Positions 39,902 to 48,470 of a stretch of DNA of 64,000 bases are shown in pieces. The translations under genes and the position numbers were made by a program. The notes below the pieces were generated by a model, which was not told where the DNA came from, made no database searches, and was given only the letters and a program-made list of their open reading frames with translations. The stretch spans positions 47,163 through 111,162 of the forward strand of contig PIVX01000004.1 in assembly GCA_003353785.1 (NCBI GenBank). Direction: 5' to 3'. Source of the DNA: Gammaproteobacteria bacterium (GTDB lineage: Bacteria; Pseudomonadota; Gammaproteobacteria; PIVX01). Numbering within the stretch: the stretch's first letter is position 1; every line of letters starts with the position of its first letter.

Positions 39902-42118
39902 ATGCAATATTCAAATCACTCACTACTCAAGAAATTTGTTCTTACTTTTTCCAATATCGTACTACTATTTGCTTATATAGCTAGTGTTGAATCTTCTGAG
40001 CTATATTTACCTAAACTTGAAATTAGCTTGAAAGGTGGTAACAAGCGTTCTATTGTAAGGCCAGGTGTAGTATTACCAATATTACAGACTAGAGATACTC
40101 TGACCTATGTAAATCTTATTTTTATGGGAGATAATAACCAAGCTCTTGAAGGTAATTTTGGGATCGGTTATAGAAGAATAGTAAATGATAAACAACTTTT
40201 TGGTATTTTTGGACATTATGATATTCGTAAGTCTCCATATGGTAATAAATATCATCAAAGAACTATAGGATTAGAATGGTTTGTCGGATTGATAGAGTTA
40301 AGAGGGAACATCTATCTGCCATATAATGAGAAAAATTCTATTGCTAGTAGCAAGAAACTCAAAGCAAAAGTTTATAATCATAGGGTAAGAATTGATTCTG
40401 GTAAGTTAACGCGTTCAGAAAAACCTTTAGCTGGATTTGATGCAGAATTTGGCTCTGCCATTCCGGGAAGAAATAATATTTCAGCGCATATTGCTTATTA
40501 TAGGTTTGGACAGAATTGCCAAGGGGTGCGTGGACGTGCTGCACTTCAATTAAATAAAGTACTTACTGTGGATTCTGAGGTTAGTTATGATCCATTAAGA
40601 AAAATATCGTATTTCTTGGGGTGTAAGTTAAGTTGGGAATTTGGCAGTAGAAAGGAAGCTAACCCATTAACTTATTTACAAAAGAAAATGACGATTAATC
40701 CTGTAAGAGATATTGATATTGTCATAAATGATCAGATATTAGATTTTAGTCCTGAACATACCTTCAATGGAAGCGTAACAGAAGAGTTTGTAATTGAGCA
40801 TGATGGGGAATATTACGTGCATAAAAAAGGTAATTTAGTTCAGATTACTGTTGATCAAGCACTTGATTATGTAAAGAAACGCTCTAAGGCATTGGTGGTG
40901 ACTAATGGTAAGGGTGAATTTAAATTACTTAGAACTTCTAAATGCTCAGACAATAATAACTATAAGAACGAGAAAGCATCTTTACGTAACTCTACTGGAA
41001 CATTTTCTAAGATCAAAGCGATTAATGATAAAGATTTTGCTGACATTATGTCTGATGGTGGAGACAGTATACGCTTTTTGCCTGAAGAGAAAGAACGGGT
41101 TAATTCTTTGACGTTGTCTCAAAGCTCAAAAATAGAAATAATCGAAGATCAAGAAGGGGTGGAAACCTTTGCTAGTAATGGTGGCTCTAATAATATGCAG
41201 TGGTCTACCTTTTTTCAGGGGTTAAAAAAATTATTGAGCGAACAACAAAAAGCGTCCGACACAAGAGTGCAAAATGCTATAAATGCGATGAATGGAGTTA
41301 AATCAAAGCCAAATAATAATAAGAAAGAAGATACCAAAACCTCTGGATTTAGAGCAAGTAGAGCTATTGGTATAATCAAAGATGAACAAAGTGATGGGTT
41401 TACGGTTGTTGCTAATACTAATAGATATCAACCGCAGCAACAGTATGTACAGCCAACACAGAATACTCAAAACTATCAACAGCCACAACAGAAATATTCT
41501 CCTAGTAATAATGCAAGTAAGGAGCCTGTTAAAGTTGAAAAACTTAATGGTAAGCCGCTTGTTAGTAACAATAAACCTAAACCTAAGAAGAAGGCACTTC
41601 CAAAGCAGATGAAAATTGGAGGAAATAAGGTAATAAAAAATACGTTCACTATAGGACAGATGACAGCAAGACAAGAAGAAATGAAAAAACTTAAAGCTAA
41701 ACCTAAATTTGATTTTTCAAAGATGGGTGGGATATTTGCTGGTGCAAAACGGAAGAAGAGCAAAGTAAAACAAAAGTCTATTGCAGAATTGCAAAAAAGT
41801 GCCAATAGTAGTGGGAATTCAAAAGGAACTGATCCACGTAAGACAACAGCGTCTACTTATAAGCATCCTATGGTAGGTGGTTTACTTATTCCAACTAGTG
41901 GAAAAGATGCAACAATCTGTTACCATGGTAAACCTGTGATCGTTAAAAAACAGCAATATAAGAATAATGTTCATAGTCTAAATAGGGGGGGGTACTGGTT
42001 CCTAAGAGCTGTGACTTATCATAAGGATACTGGTGGATTTTGGAAATTTAACGGTGATGATAACTCCGTTCTTGAATATACTGATAAGAGCTTCATAAAG
42101 GATGCCAAAAAATGCTGA
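39902..42118 (+). CDS. inverse autotransporter (intimin/invasin-type beta-domain) with non-canonical passenger
   Basis: Signal sequence MQYSNHSLLKKFVLTFSNIVLLFAYIASVES. Beta-domain blocks VLPILQT..NFGIGYRR..LFGIFGHYD..TIGLEWF..LRGNIYLPY..PLAGFDAEFG..IPG. The passenger lacks Ig-like repeats and has a Q/P/K-rich tract. Start could also be 39893 or 39845. Confidence 0.8.
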   Translation: MQYSNHSLLKKFVLTFSNIVLLFAYIASVESSELYLPKLEISLKGGNKRSIVRPGVVLPILQTRDTLTYVNLIFMGDNNQALEGNFGIGYRRIVNDKQLFGIFGHYDIRKSPYGNKYHQRTIGLEWFVGLIELRGNIYLPYNEKNSIASSKKLKAKVYNHRVRIDSGKLTRSEKPLAGFDAEFGSAIPGRNNISAHIAYYRFGQNCQGVRGRAALQLNKVLTVDSEVSYDPLRKISYFLGCKLSWEFGSRKEANPLTYLQKKMTINPVRDIDIVINDQILDFSPEHTFNGSVTEEFVIEHDGEYYVHKKGNLVQITVDQALDYVKKRSKALVVTNGKGEFKLLRTSKCSDNNNYKNEKASLRNSTGTFSKIKAINDKDFADIMSDGGDSIRFLPEEKERVNSLTLSQSSKIEIIEDQEGVETFASNGGSNNMQWSTFFQGLKKLLSEQQKASDTRVQNAINAMNGVKSKPNNNKKEDTKTSGFRASRAIGIIKDEQSDGFTVVANTNRYQPQQQYVQPTQNTQNYQQPQQKYSPSNNASKEPVKVEKLNGKPLVSNNKPKPKKKALPKQMKIGGNKVIKNTFTIGQMTARQEEMKKLKAKPKFDFSKMGGIFAGAKRKKSKVKQKSIAELQKSANSSGNSKGTDPRKTTASTYKHPMVGGLLIPTSGKDATICYHGKPVIVKKQQYKNNVHSLNRGGYWFLRAVTYHKDTGGFWKFNGDDNSVLEYTDKSFIKDAKKC

Positions 42119-42148
42119 TAAGAGCTTCATAAAGGATGCCAAAAAATA
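42081..42148 (+). repeat. 34-bp direct tandem duplication spanning the stop codon of the inverse autotransporter gene
   Basis: CTGATAAGAGCTTCATAAAGGATGCCAAAAAATG (42081-42114) is repeated at 42115-42148 with only the last base differing. Confidence 0.9.
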
Positions 42149-42271
42149 AATCCATTTTTGTTAATTAGCTTTAAATATCTAGAATTAATAATATTAAACG
42201 AATTAATGATAAATGTTTTTCAAAGAAACTGTTATCATACCTAGAAATTAGTAATCAATTTAGGTAGAGAT

Positions 42272-42850
42272 ATGTCAATTAAACCAGATAGATGGATCAA
42301 GGAAATGTCTATGGAGCATGGGATGATTACTCCATTTGTAGATTCACAAGTAACTAACAAAGATCAAGAAAAAGTAATTTCTTATGGCAACTCAAGTTAT
42401 GGGTATGATGTTAGATGTGCCAGAGAATTCAAGATATTTACTAATATCAATTCTTCTATTGTTGATCCAAAGAATTTTAGTGAAGATAGTTTTGTGGATA
42501 TTGAGACGGATATCTGTATTATCCCTCCTAATTCATTTGCTTTGGCACGTACAATAGAATACTTTAAGATCCCACGTAACGTACTTACTATTTGTCTTGG
42601 AAAATCTACTTATGCTAGATGTGGAATAATAGTGAATGTTACTCCGTTAGAACCTGAGTGGGAAGGCCACGTAACATTAGAATTCTCTAATACAACCCCA
42701 CTACCAGCTAAAATATATGCGAATGAAGGGGTTGCCCAGTTTTTATTTTTAGAATCTGATGAATCTTGTGAAATTTCATATCTTGATAAGCAAGGTAAAT
42801 ACCAAGGGCAAACGGGAGTGACTTTGCCAAAACTTAAAGAATCAAATTAG
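42272..42850 (+). CDS. dcd: dCTP deaminase
   Basis: MSIKPDRWI.., SSYGYDVR and [15 protein letters not shown] motifs. Confidence 0.93.
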   Translation: MSIKPDRWIKEMSMEHGMITPFVDSQVTNKDQEKVISYGNSSYGYDVRCAREFKIFTNINSSIVDPKNFSEDSFVDIETDICIIPPNSFALARTIEYFKIPRNVLTICLGKSTYARCGIIVNVTPLEPEWEGHVTLEFSNTTPLPAKIYANEGVAQFLFLESDESCEISYLDKQGKYQGQTGVTLPKLKESN

Positions 42851-43205
42851 TTGATTGAGATGATACGGAGCCACCATCGTCTTCACTAGTGTAATCATCG
42901 TCATCTTTGATTTCACAGTTGAGTTTTGAGGCGTTGACTCTTTCTTTTAGATCTTTTCCTGGCTTAAAGTGTGGACTATGTTTGGCTTTAGTTACAACAC
43001 GATTTCCAGTTTTAGGGTTATGTGCATTCCTTGGAGGGCGATAGTGCAAGCAGAAGCTGCCAAACCCACGAATTTCAATTCTACCACCTCTACCAAGAGT
43101 TTCTCTTAAATACTCTAGTAGCAGATTGACACTAAGAGAAACATCTTTTTCAGAAATATGTTTTTGCTTATTTGTTAAAATATTTATTAGCTCTGACTTG
43201 ATCAT
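42834..43205 (-). CDS. ihfB: integration host factor beta subunit with ~30-aa acidic C-terminal extension
   Basis: MIKSELI... [27 protein letters not shown]....K..PHFKPGK. The tail is [15 protein letters not shown]. Confidence 0.9.
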   Translation of the reverse strand: MIKSELINILTNKQKHISEKDVSLSVNLLLEYLRETLGRGGRIEIRGFGSFCLHYRPPRNAHNPKTGNRVVTKAKHSPHFKPGKDLKERVNASKLNCEIKDDDDYTSEDDGGSVSSQSTNLIL

Positions 43206-43489
43206 TTAATTTGAACCTTATCCTATGAAATCAATAAGTTGAAACAATTTTAATACTCATATATCAGTTTAGCAAATTTAATTGGCTTTGGTGTCGATTT
43301 TTAGAAAAAATCTTTTTATTATCAAAATAAGTATAGCAATAAAACAAAAAGATAAAATTTAATCCATATATATAATTTTAGGTATGCGATATTTGTAAAA
43401 AAAATGTCACCATAGGTTTTGCTTTGCTACATACATCAAGGTAATATTAAGAACTGCAATTTAAATTCATTCTTGTTAAATAAATATAC

Positions 43490-44527
43490 ATGAACATAGT
43501 GTCCATAAAAAGAAGACTTACTTATCCTATAATAAAGATTTATTTTGTTATTTTTACATCGGCTATGTTTGCTACAAATAGTGATGCTCTTTATGTAGCT
43601 AAAATAAATGTACCAAATCGTTCATTGGAGGCTAGAAAGGTAGCTATACGTTTAGGGCTAGCAGAAGTTATTAAGCGTGTTACTAGCGATGAAAATGTAA
43701 TGGGTCTTATGGAAATTGAAAATATTCTTGAAAAACCGGATAACTATTTACAAAGTTATGGTTATATGGAGGAAAATAGTGAATTAGCGATCAAGATGAA
43801 TTTTAATATAAAACAAATTAATTCTATGTTGAGAGAACTGGAAATTAGCCCTTGGATTAAGAGACCTGAAATTTTATTATGGGTTTTTATTGATGGTAGA
43901 AGTTTAGCGCAATTGAGGAGTAATACTGTAGAAGATGTAGTAAATATAATTACTCAAATTAGCTCGAAAGTAGGATTGCCAATTTACTTTCCTTTAGGGG
44001 ATTTAGAAGAAGAACAGGAGTTTGGTAATATAAATATTATCCAGTCTCAGGAGTTAATTGAAAATTTATCTAAAAAATATGCAAAAGAGGTAATTGTTGT
44101 TAGTAATATGCAGCATGTCTTAGAAGGTTGGAATATATCATGGATGCTTTATACTCAAGCTGAGACTCAGCACTGGGTTGATGAAGATTTCAGTCTTGAG
44201 CTTGCGATAAAATCTGGTTTTACTAATATAGCTAATTTACTTAAAGAAAGATTCCATTTATCTAGCAGTTATGGCATAACTGAAATTAAATTTAGTGTTA
44301 GAAATATTTCCTCTAATAAGGCTTATAAGCGGGTGCAAAGCTATTTATCAAAGCTATCTATTGTCGATTCTGTTAATATTATTAGTTTAAAAAAGCAAAA
44401 TGTTACTTTCCAGGTGAATTTAACTCAAGATGTTAATAAGTTTAGGGAAGTATTAGAGCTAAATGAACAATTGGAATTTGCCGGTAGCATAAATCCTGAA
44501 TATTTAATATATGAATTTAAACCATGA
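43490..44527 (+). CDS. hypothetical exported protein (position upstream of the phosphatidyltransferase and hda suggests a DUF2066-type family)
   Basis: 345 aa with signal-like YFVIFTSAMFATNSDA. The family call rests on recalled gene context only. Confidence 0.55.
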   Translation: MNIVSIKRRLTYPIIKIYFVIFTSAMFATNSDALYVAKINVPNRSLEARKVAIRLGLAEVIKRVTSDENVMGLMEIENILEKPDNYLQSYGYMEENSELAIKMNFNIKQINSMLRELEISPWIKRPEILLWVFIDGRSLAQLRSNTVEDVVNIITQISSKVGLPIYFPLGDLEEEQEFGNINIIQSQELIENLSKKYAKEVIVVSNMQHVLEGWNISWMLYTQAETQHWVDEDFSLELAIKSGFTNIANLLKERFHLSSSYGITEIKFSVRNISSNKAYKRVQSYLSKLSIVDSVNIISLKKQNVTFQVNLTQDVNKFREVLELNEQLEFAGSINPEYLIYEFKP

Positions 44528-45075
44528 GATATCTACCAAATTTATTAACTATTCTACGCATAATTTTACTAATACCATATATATATTGCTTATATGTGGG
44601 TAAAAACATAATGGCATTAATGATTTTCTCTATAGCTGGTTTGACCGACTGTTTAGATGGTTATTTTGCTAGAAAATTTTCTTGGGCAAGCAATATAGGG
44701 GCGATTTTAGATCCACTAGCAGATAAATTATTAATGATAAGCAGTTTCTCTATTCTATATATCATTGGGGCTATAAATATATATGTTCCTATAATAATTA
44801 TATTAAGAGATCTGTATATTATTTTTGGTATAGTGTATATATATCATCAAGATCCAGGTGTACTAAAATTCCAACCTTCGTTTATAAGTAAATTGAATAC
44901 AGTTTTACAATTGTTATTAATATTTTTAACTTTAATTAATATTAGTTTATTTCATATTAATATTTGGTTCCTAAAGTTCACGATGCTGATAGTAGTTGTT
45001 ACAACTGTAGTTAGTTTATTTCAATATATTAAATTAGCAAGGGGTTGGCTTGCTGTGGGAAATAGGTATGAGTGA
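44524..45075 (+). CDS. CDP-alcohol phosphatidyltransferase family protein
   Basis: DCLDGYFARKFSWASNIGAILDPLADK matches DG(x)2AR(x)8G(x)3D(x)3D. Multi-TM protein. Confidence 0.88.
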   Translation: MRYLPNLLTILRIILLIPYIYCLYVGKNIMALMIFSIAGLTDCLDGYFARKFSWASNIGAILDPLADKLLMISSFSILYIIGAINIYVPIIIILRDLYIIFGIVYIYHQDPGVLKFQPSFISKLNTVLQLLLIFLTLINISLFHINIWFLKFTMLIVVVTTVVSLFQYIKLARGWLAVGNRYE

Positions 45076-45754
45076 GCAATTGATACTACCGATTTTACAA
45101 GTTAGGAGGATGACTTTTAGTAATTATTATGCTGGGATTAACCTTGATGTAGTGGAATCTTTACAAATGGCTCTTGAGCAGAATAAAAACTCTGTTTACT
45201 ATTTATTTGGTAAAAATGGAACAGGTAAGACACATTTATTAAAAGCCTGTTTTAATAAACAAAAATATAATAAAGCTAGTGCGGGTTATTTTTCACTTAA
45301 TGCTGCTGATTTTAAAAAGGATATTAATGATGCAGATCCTTCAGGCCTAGTTTGTATTGATGATTTAGAGCATATTGCTAATAATAGGAGTTTGGAGGAA
45401 GTTATATTTCACTTGTATAATCAAGTTTTAGAGAATAAAGGATTATTGATTTTAGCAGCTAGAAAATCTCCTAGGAATATCAATGCGTTATTGCCAGATC
45501 TTGTTTCTAGACTATCTTGGGGATTAGTGTATAATTTAAAAGAGTTGTCCGAGGACGATATTATTATTGTTTTACACAACTTTGCTCTCGACATGGGATT
45601 AACTCTACCAGTAGATGTCGTAAAATTTTTATTGGTTAGATGTTCGAGAAGTGTTAATAATTTACTTTCTATAGTTAGTATACTTGATAAAGCTGCTTGT
45701 AGTGAAAAACGTAAATTGACTATTCCATTTGTTAAGGTGGTTCTAAATATTTAA
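45068..45754 (+). CDS. hda: DnaA regulatory inactivator Hda
   Basis: AAA+ P-loop GKNGTGKTHLLKA, box II IDDLEH, and a DnaA-like C-terminal helix region. ATG at 45068 preferred. Confidence 0.85.
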   Translation: MSEQLILPILQVRRMTFSNYYAGINLDVVESLQMALEQNKNSVYYLFGKNGTGKTHLLKACFNKQKYNKASAGYFSLNAADFKKDINDADPSGLVCIDDLEHIANNRSLEEVIFHLYNQVLENKGLLILAARKSPRNINALLPDLVSRLSWGLVYNLKELSEDDIIIVLHNFALDMGLTLPVDVVKFLLVRCSRSVNNLLSIVSILDKAACSEKRKLTIPFVKVVLNI

Positions 45755-45769
45755 TGAGAAGTGATTATT

Positions 45770-46705
45770 ATGAATATTATAGATGATGCAATAATACAAA
45801 AATACTTAGATGAAGCTGTTAAAGTATCCCGTGCAAATGATGCTGGAGAGGTAGCTAAATATATTCCAGAATTATCTTTACAAGATCCAAGGCAAACAGC
45901 AGCAATTATCAGGACTACCAATAATAAGATTTATTCTTCAGGCGATAGTTTGCATGATGATTTTACTTTGCAGAGTTCCGCAAAATTAGTAGTTTTAATC
46001 GGATTATTAGAAGAGTTTGGGTCGGAAGAGGTTTATAAGTGGGTTATGGTAGAGCCTTCTGGGCATGATTTTAATTCAGTTGCCAGACTTGATCAGTTTG
46101 GACCTTATCCTTCTAATCCGATGCTAAATGCTGGTGCGATTACGCTTTGTAGCAAGATCCCTGGTAATGATGAGGATAAAATGCATTGGCTTGATGTTTG
46201 GATTGAAAAGCTCTTTAATGAGAAAGCCCGTTTGAATACCAAAGTTTTTGCTTCTGAGCGTAGAACGGGCGATCGTAATAGGGCTCTTGCATATTTATTA
46301 AGGAGTAATAATATGCTCGAGGGAGATGTCGAAAGAATTTTGGAAATATATTTTACTTTATGTTCATTCGAGATGTCTCCTTATCAAGCGGCTCATCTTC
46401 CATATTTACTTGCGAATAAAGGTAAGAATACTAGCGGTGAGCAAATCATTTCTGAGAACACAGTTAAGCAATCCATATCGATTATGGCTACATGCGGTTT
46501 ATATAATGAGTCTGGGAAGCATCTGGTAAATACAGGGATGCCAGCTAAAAGTAGTGTATCTGGTTATATTTTTGCAGTAGTTCCTGGGATTGCTGGTATT
46601 GTAACTTTTAGTCCTAGAGTTAATGCCAAAGGGAGTAGTGTTCGGGGTTCAATCATTCTTCGCGAACTCTCTAATAAGCTTAATTGGCATTTTGCACTTA
46701 ATTAA
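45770..46705 (+). CDS. glsA: glutaminase A
   Basis: Serine-beta-lactamase-like glutaminase motifs FTLQSSAKL, NPMLNAGAI and MPAKSSVSG. Alternative GTG start at 45761. Confidence 0.88.
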   Translation: MNIIDDAIIQKYLDEAVKVSRANDAGEVAKYIPELSLQDPRQTAAIIRTTNNKIYSSGDSLHDDFTLQSSAKLVVLIGLLEEFGSEEVYKWVMVEPSGHDFNSVARLDQFGPYPSNPMLNAGAITLCSKIPGNDEDKMHWLDVWIEKLFNEKARLNTKVFASERRTGDRNRALAYLLRSNNMLEGDVERILEIYFTLCSFEMSPYQAAHLPYLLANKGKNTSGEQIISENTVKQSISIMATCGLYNESGKHLVNTGMPAKSSVSGYIFAVVPGIAGIVTFSPRVNAKGSSVRGSIILRELSNKLNWHFALN

Positions 46706-46713
46706 TAATAATG

Positions 46714-47388
46714 CTAACTAATTTTTAAAACGATCCCAATATCTAAGGAATGAAAATCAAAAGAAGACTCAAAGAAATTGTTGTTAGATATTTGTCCTAT
46801 TTTTTGTGAAAAGGTACTATGGTATCTATACTCTAAGCTTAGATCCCACATATGATTTAAAATTAAATGAAATCCTACTATAGCGTTATAGACAAAAACA
46901 TTATAAGATCTACTAAATCTCTGCGCTACTGGTTCTGTAGATAGATGGGAATAATAATTTAACTTCATGTGGCTGTAGCCAGCACCAACACCAAAAATAA
47001 ATTTAACAGGTCCATCTAATGTGAAGTCATAGTAACTATTTAAAATAAAATCTTTTAAATTACCAGTTGTGCTTTTATCATTGGTAAACTTTTTTACCGG
47101 GCTATTGTTTATTCGAGTATTAACTTCCTCAATGCGTGTTTTAGCAAAATGGCTAGTAAAAGCTACACGAAATTGATCAAATTTGTATCCTAGGCTTCCT
47201 CCAAAATTGTACGTTGGCTTAGAATGAAGCTCTAATAACCGTTGGCTTTTACTATCTTCAGTCTTCCCCAAAACAGTTAGTCCACCTTGTCCTTGAACAT
47301 ACCAGCCATATAAATAATTAAAGGAGAATGATGTAGCTGAATACATAAGAAAATTAATAAAACTAAATAAAATAAATAATTTCTTCAT
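46714..47388 (-). CDS. small (8-stranded type) outer-membrane beta-barrel protein
   Basis: 224 aa with a signal peptide, alternating hydrophobic strands and repeated G.G.GY blocks. Distant paralog of 54170-54823. Confidence 0.65.
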   Translation of the reverse strand: MKKLFILFSFINFLMYSATSFSFNYLYGWYVQGQGGLTVLGKTEDSKSQRLLELHSKPTYNFGGSLGYKFDQFRVAFTSHFAKTRIEEVNTRINNSPVKKFTNDKSTTGNLKDFILNSYYDFTLDGPVKFIFGVGAGYSHMKLNYYSHLSTEPVAQRFSRSYNVFVYNAIVGFHLILNHMWDLSLEYRYHSTFSQKIGQISNNNFFESSFDFHSLDIGIVLKIS

Positions 47389-47818
47389 ATGTATTCCAGG
47401 TAAAATCTAGTTTACATTATATTTAATAACTATTGTTGTCAATATATATCTCTGGTTTCTGGGTATTTATCTGCAAATGTCAATAAGACTATTTTATCGA
47501 GAGGTTAGGTTAGTCGTTAATATCTAGTGTATACAACAAGAGCAGAGTACGGGCATGCAAAGAAATAGATGCTAAATAGGTGAACTATTCGTAGATAAAG
47601 CATATGAGTAGTTCACAGCTGAAATTTAGATAATATTTTAAAAATTTTGAGATGGTTTATCATTTTATTATTAAAGTTATTTAGTCGGTATTAGTAAAGA
47701 AGTCCGGTTTGGAACTAATTGCACTAAGTATGTATGGTGGTGTAATATTTACCTTATTAAGGAAAAAAATTTTAGAATTTGTTCTAAATTAAATCAGTTT
47801 AGTTGGAGAATACCTAGC

Positions 47819-48358
47819 ATGAAAAATCTAAGAACTATTGTAAACGTAGCTATAATGATATTTAGTGTAAATTGCATTTTTGCATTTCCTCCCATTTATG
47901 ATGCAGGAATATTTAATTTATTTGACAAAATGATTAAGAATAGCGTGCTCATAAACAGATTTCCTAGTTATATGAGAAAGGAATTTGAATCCAAAGAGGG
48001 TTTTTACACTATTAGTTTGTTGCAATCTAATGCTGATTTCAGATGTGCCGAAGGGAATAGTTATAATGTTAATTTGCTGATGGATAGTGGCTTATGTCGT
48101 GAAGAATGGGTATTAATGCATACGAATAGATTTAAAAAAATCTACAAGCAATCTTACGATAACCAAGATCGTTATTTTGAGATGGGATATTCTATTTACT
48201 TCGAAGAATCGTCGCTGCATTATACGTTTGTGTATCATATAGTAATTGATGAGATGAATATCTCAGATAATAAACAGTATCCAAAAGTTGGCAGAACAAT
48301 TGGTAGGATTGTCGCCAAAAGACAATTAGGAAGTAAATATGAATGTACAATTTTATAG
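47819..48358 (+). CDS. hypothetical exported protein
   Basis: 179 aa with signal-like MKNLRTIVNVAIMIFSVNCIFA. No motif recognised. Confidence 0.6.
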   Translation: MKNLRTIVNVAIMIFSVNCIFAFPPIYDAGIFNLFDKMIKNSVLINRFPSYMRKEFESKEGFYTISLLQSNADFRCAEGNSYNVNLLMDSGLCREEWVLMHTNRFKKIYKQSYDNQDRYFEMGYSIYFEESSLHYTFVYHIVIDEMNISDNKQYPKVGRTIGRIVAKRQLGSKYECTIL

Positions 48359-48404
48359 ATGTTATAGAGTTGAAAATTTCCAAAGCGTTTACGAGATGGA
48401 AGAT

Positions 48405-48452
48405 GATAAAAAGAGCATTTTTATCATTCACTTAGTGAATTAAGTGATTTTG
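48405..48452. terminator. two adjacent hairpins between convergent genes
   Basis: GATAAAAA-GAGCA-TTTTTATC (48405-48425) and TCACTTA-GTGAAT-TAAGTGA (48428-48447), followed by TTTT. Confidence 0.35.
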
Positions 48453-48470
48453 TGATCGATAGTGCAAGAT

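Noticed and set aside
40359-41805. Several ORFs overlapping the inverse autotransporter gene (40359-40544, 40905-41111, 41303-41674, 41382-41612, 41476-41805).
   Set aside because: They are shadows of the long 757-aa frame, generated by the low-complexity Q/P/K-rich coding region. None has independent support.
48192-48431. 79-aa minus-strand ORF immediately downstream of the UT-M23 gene, considered as a fifth operon member or substrate.
   Set aside because: Most of it is antisense to the 179-aa exported-protein gene, and its 5' end spans the hairpin (terminator-like) region.
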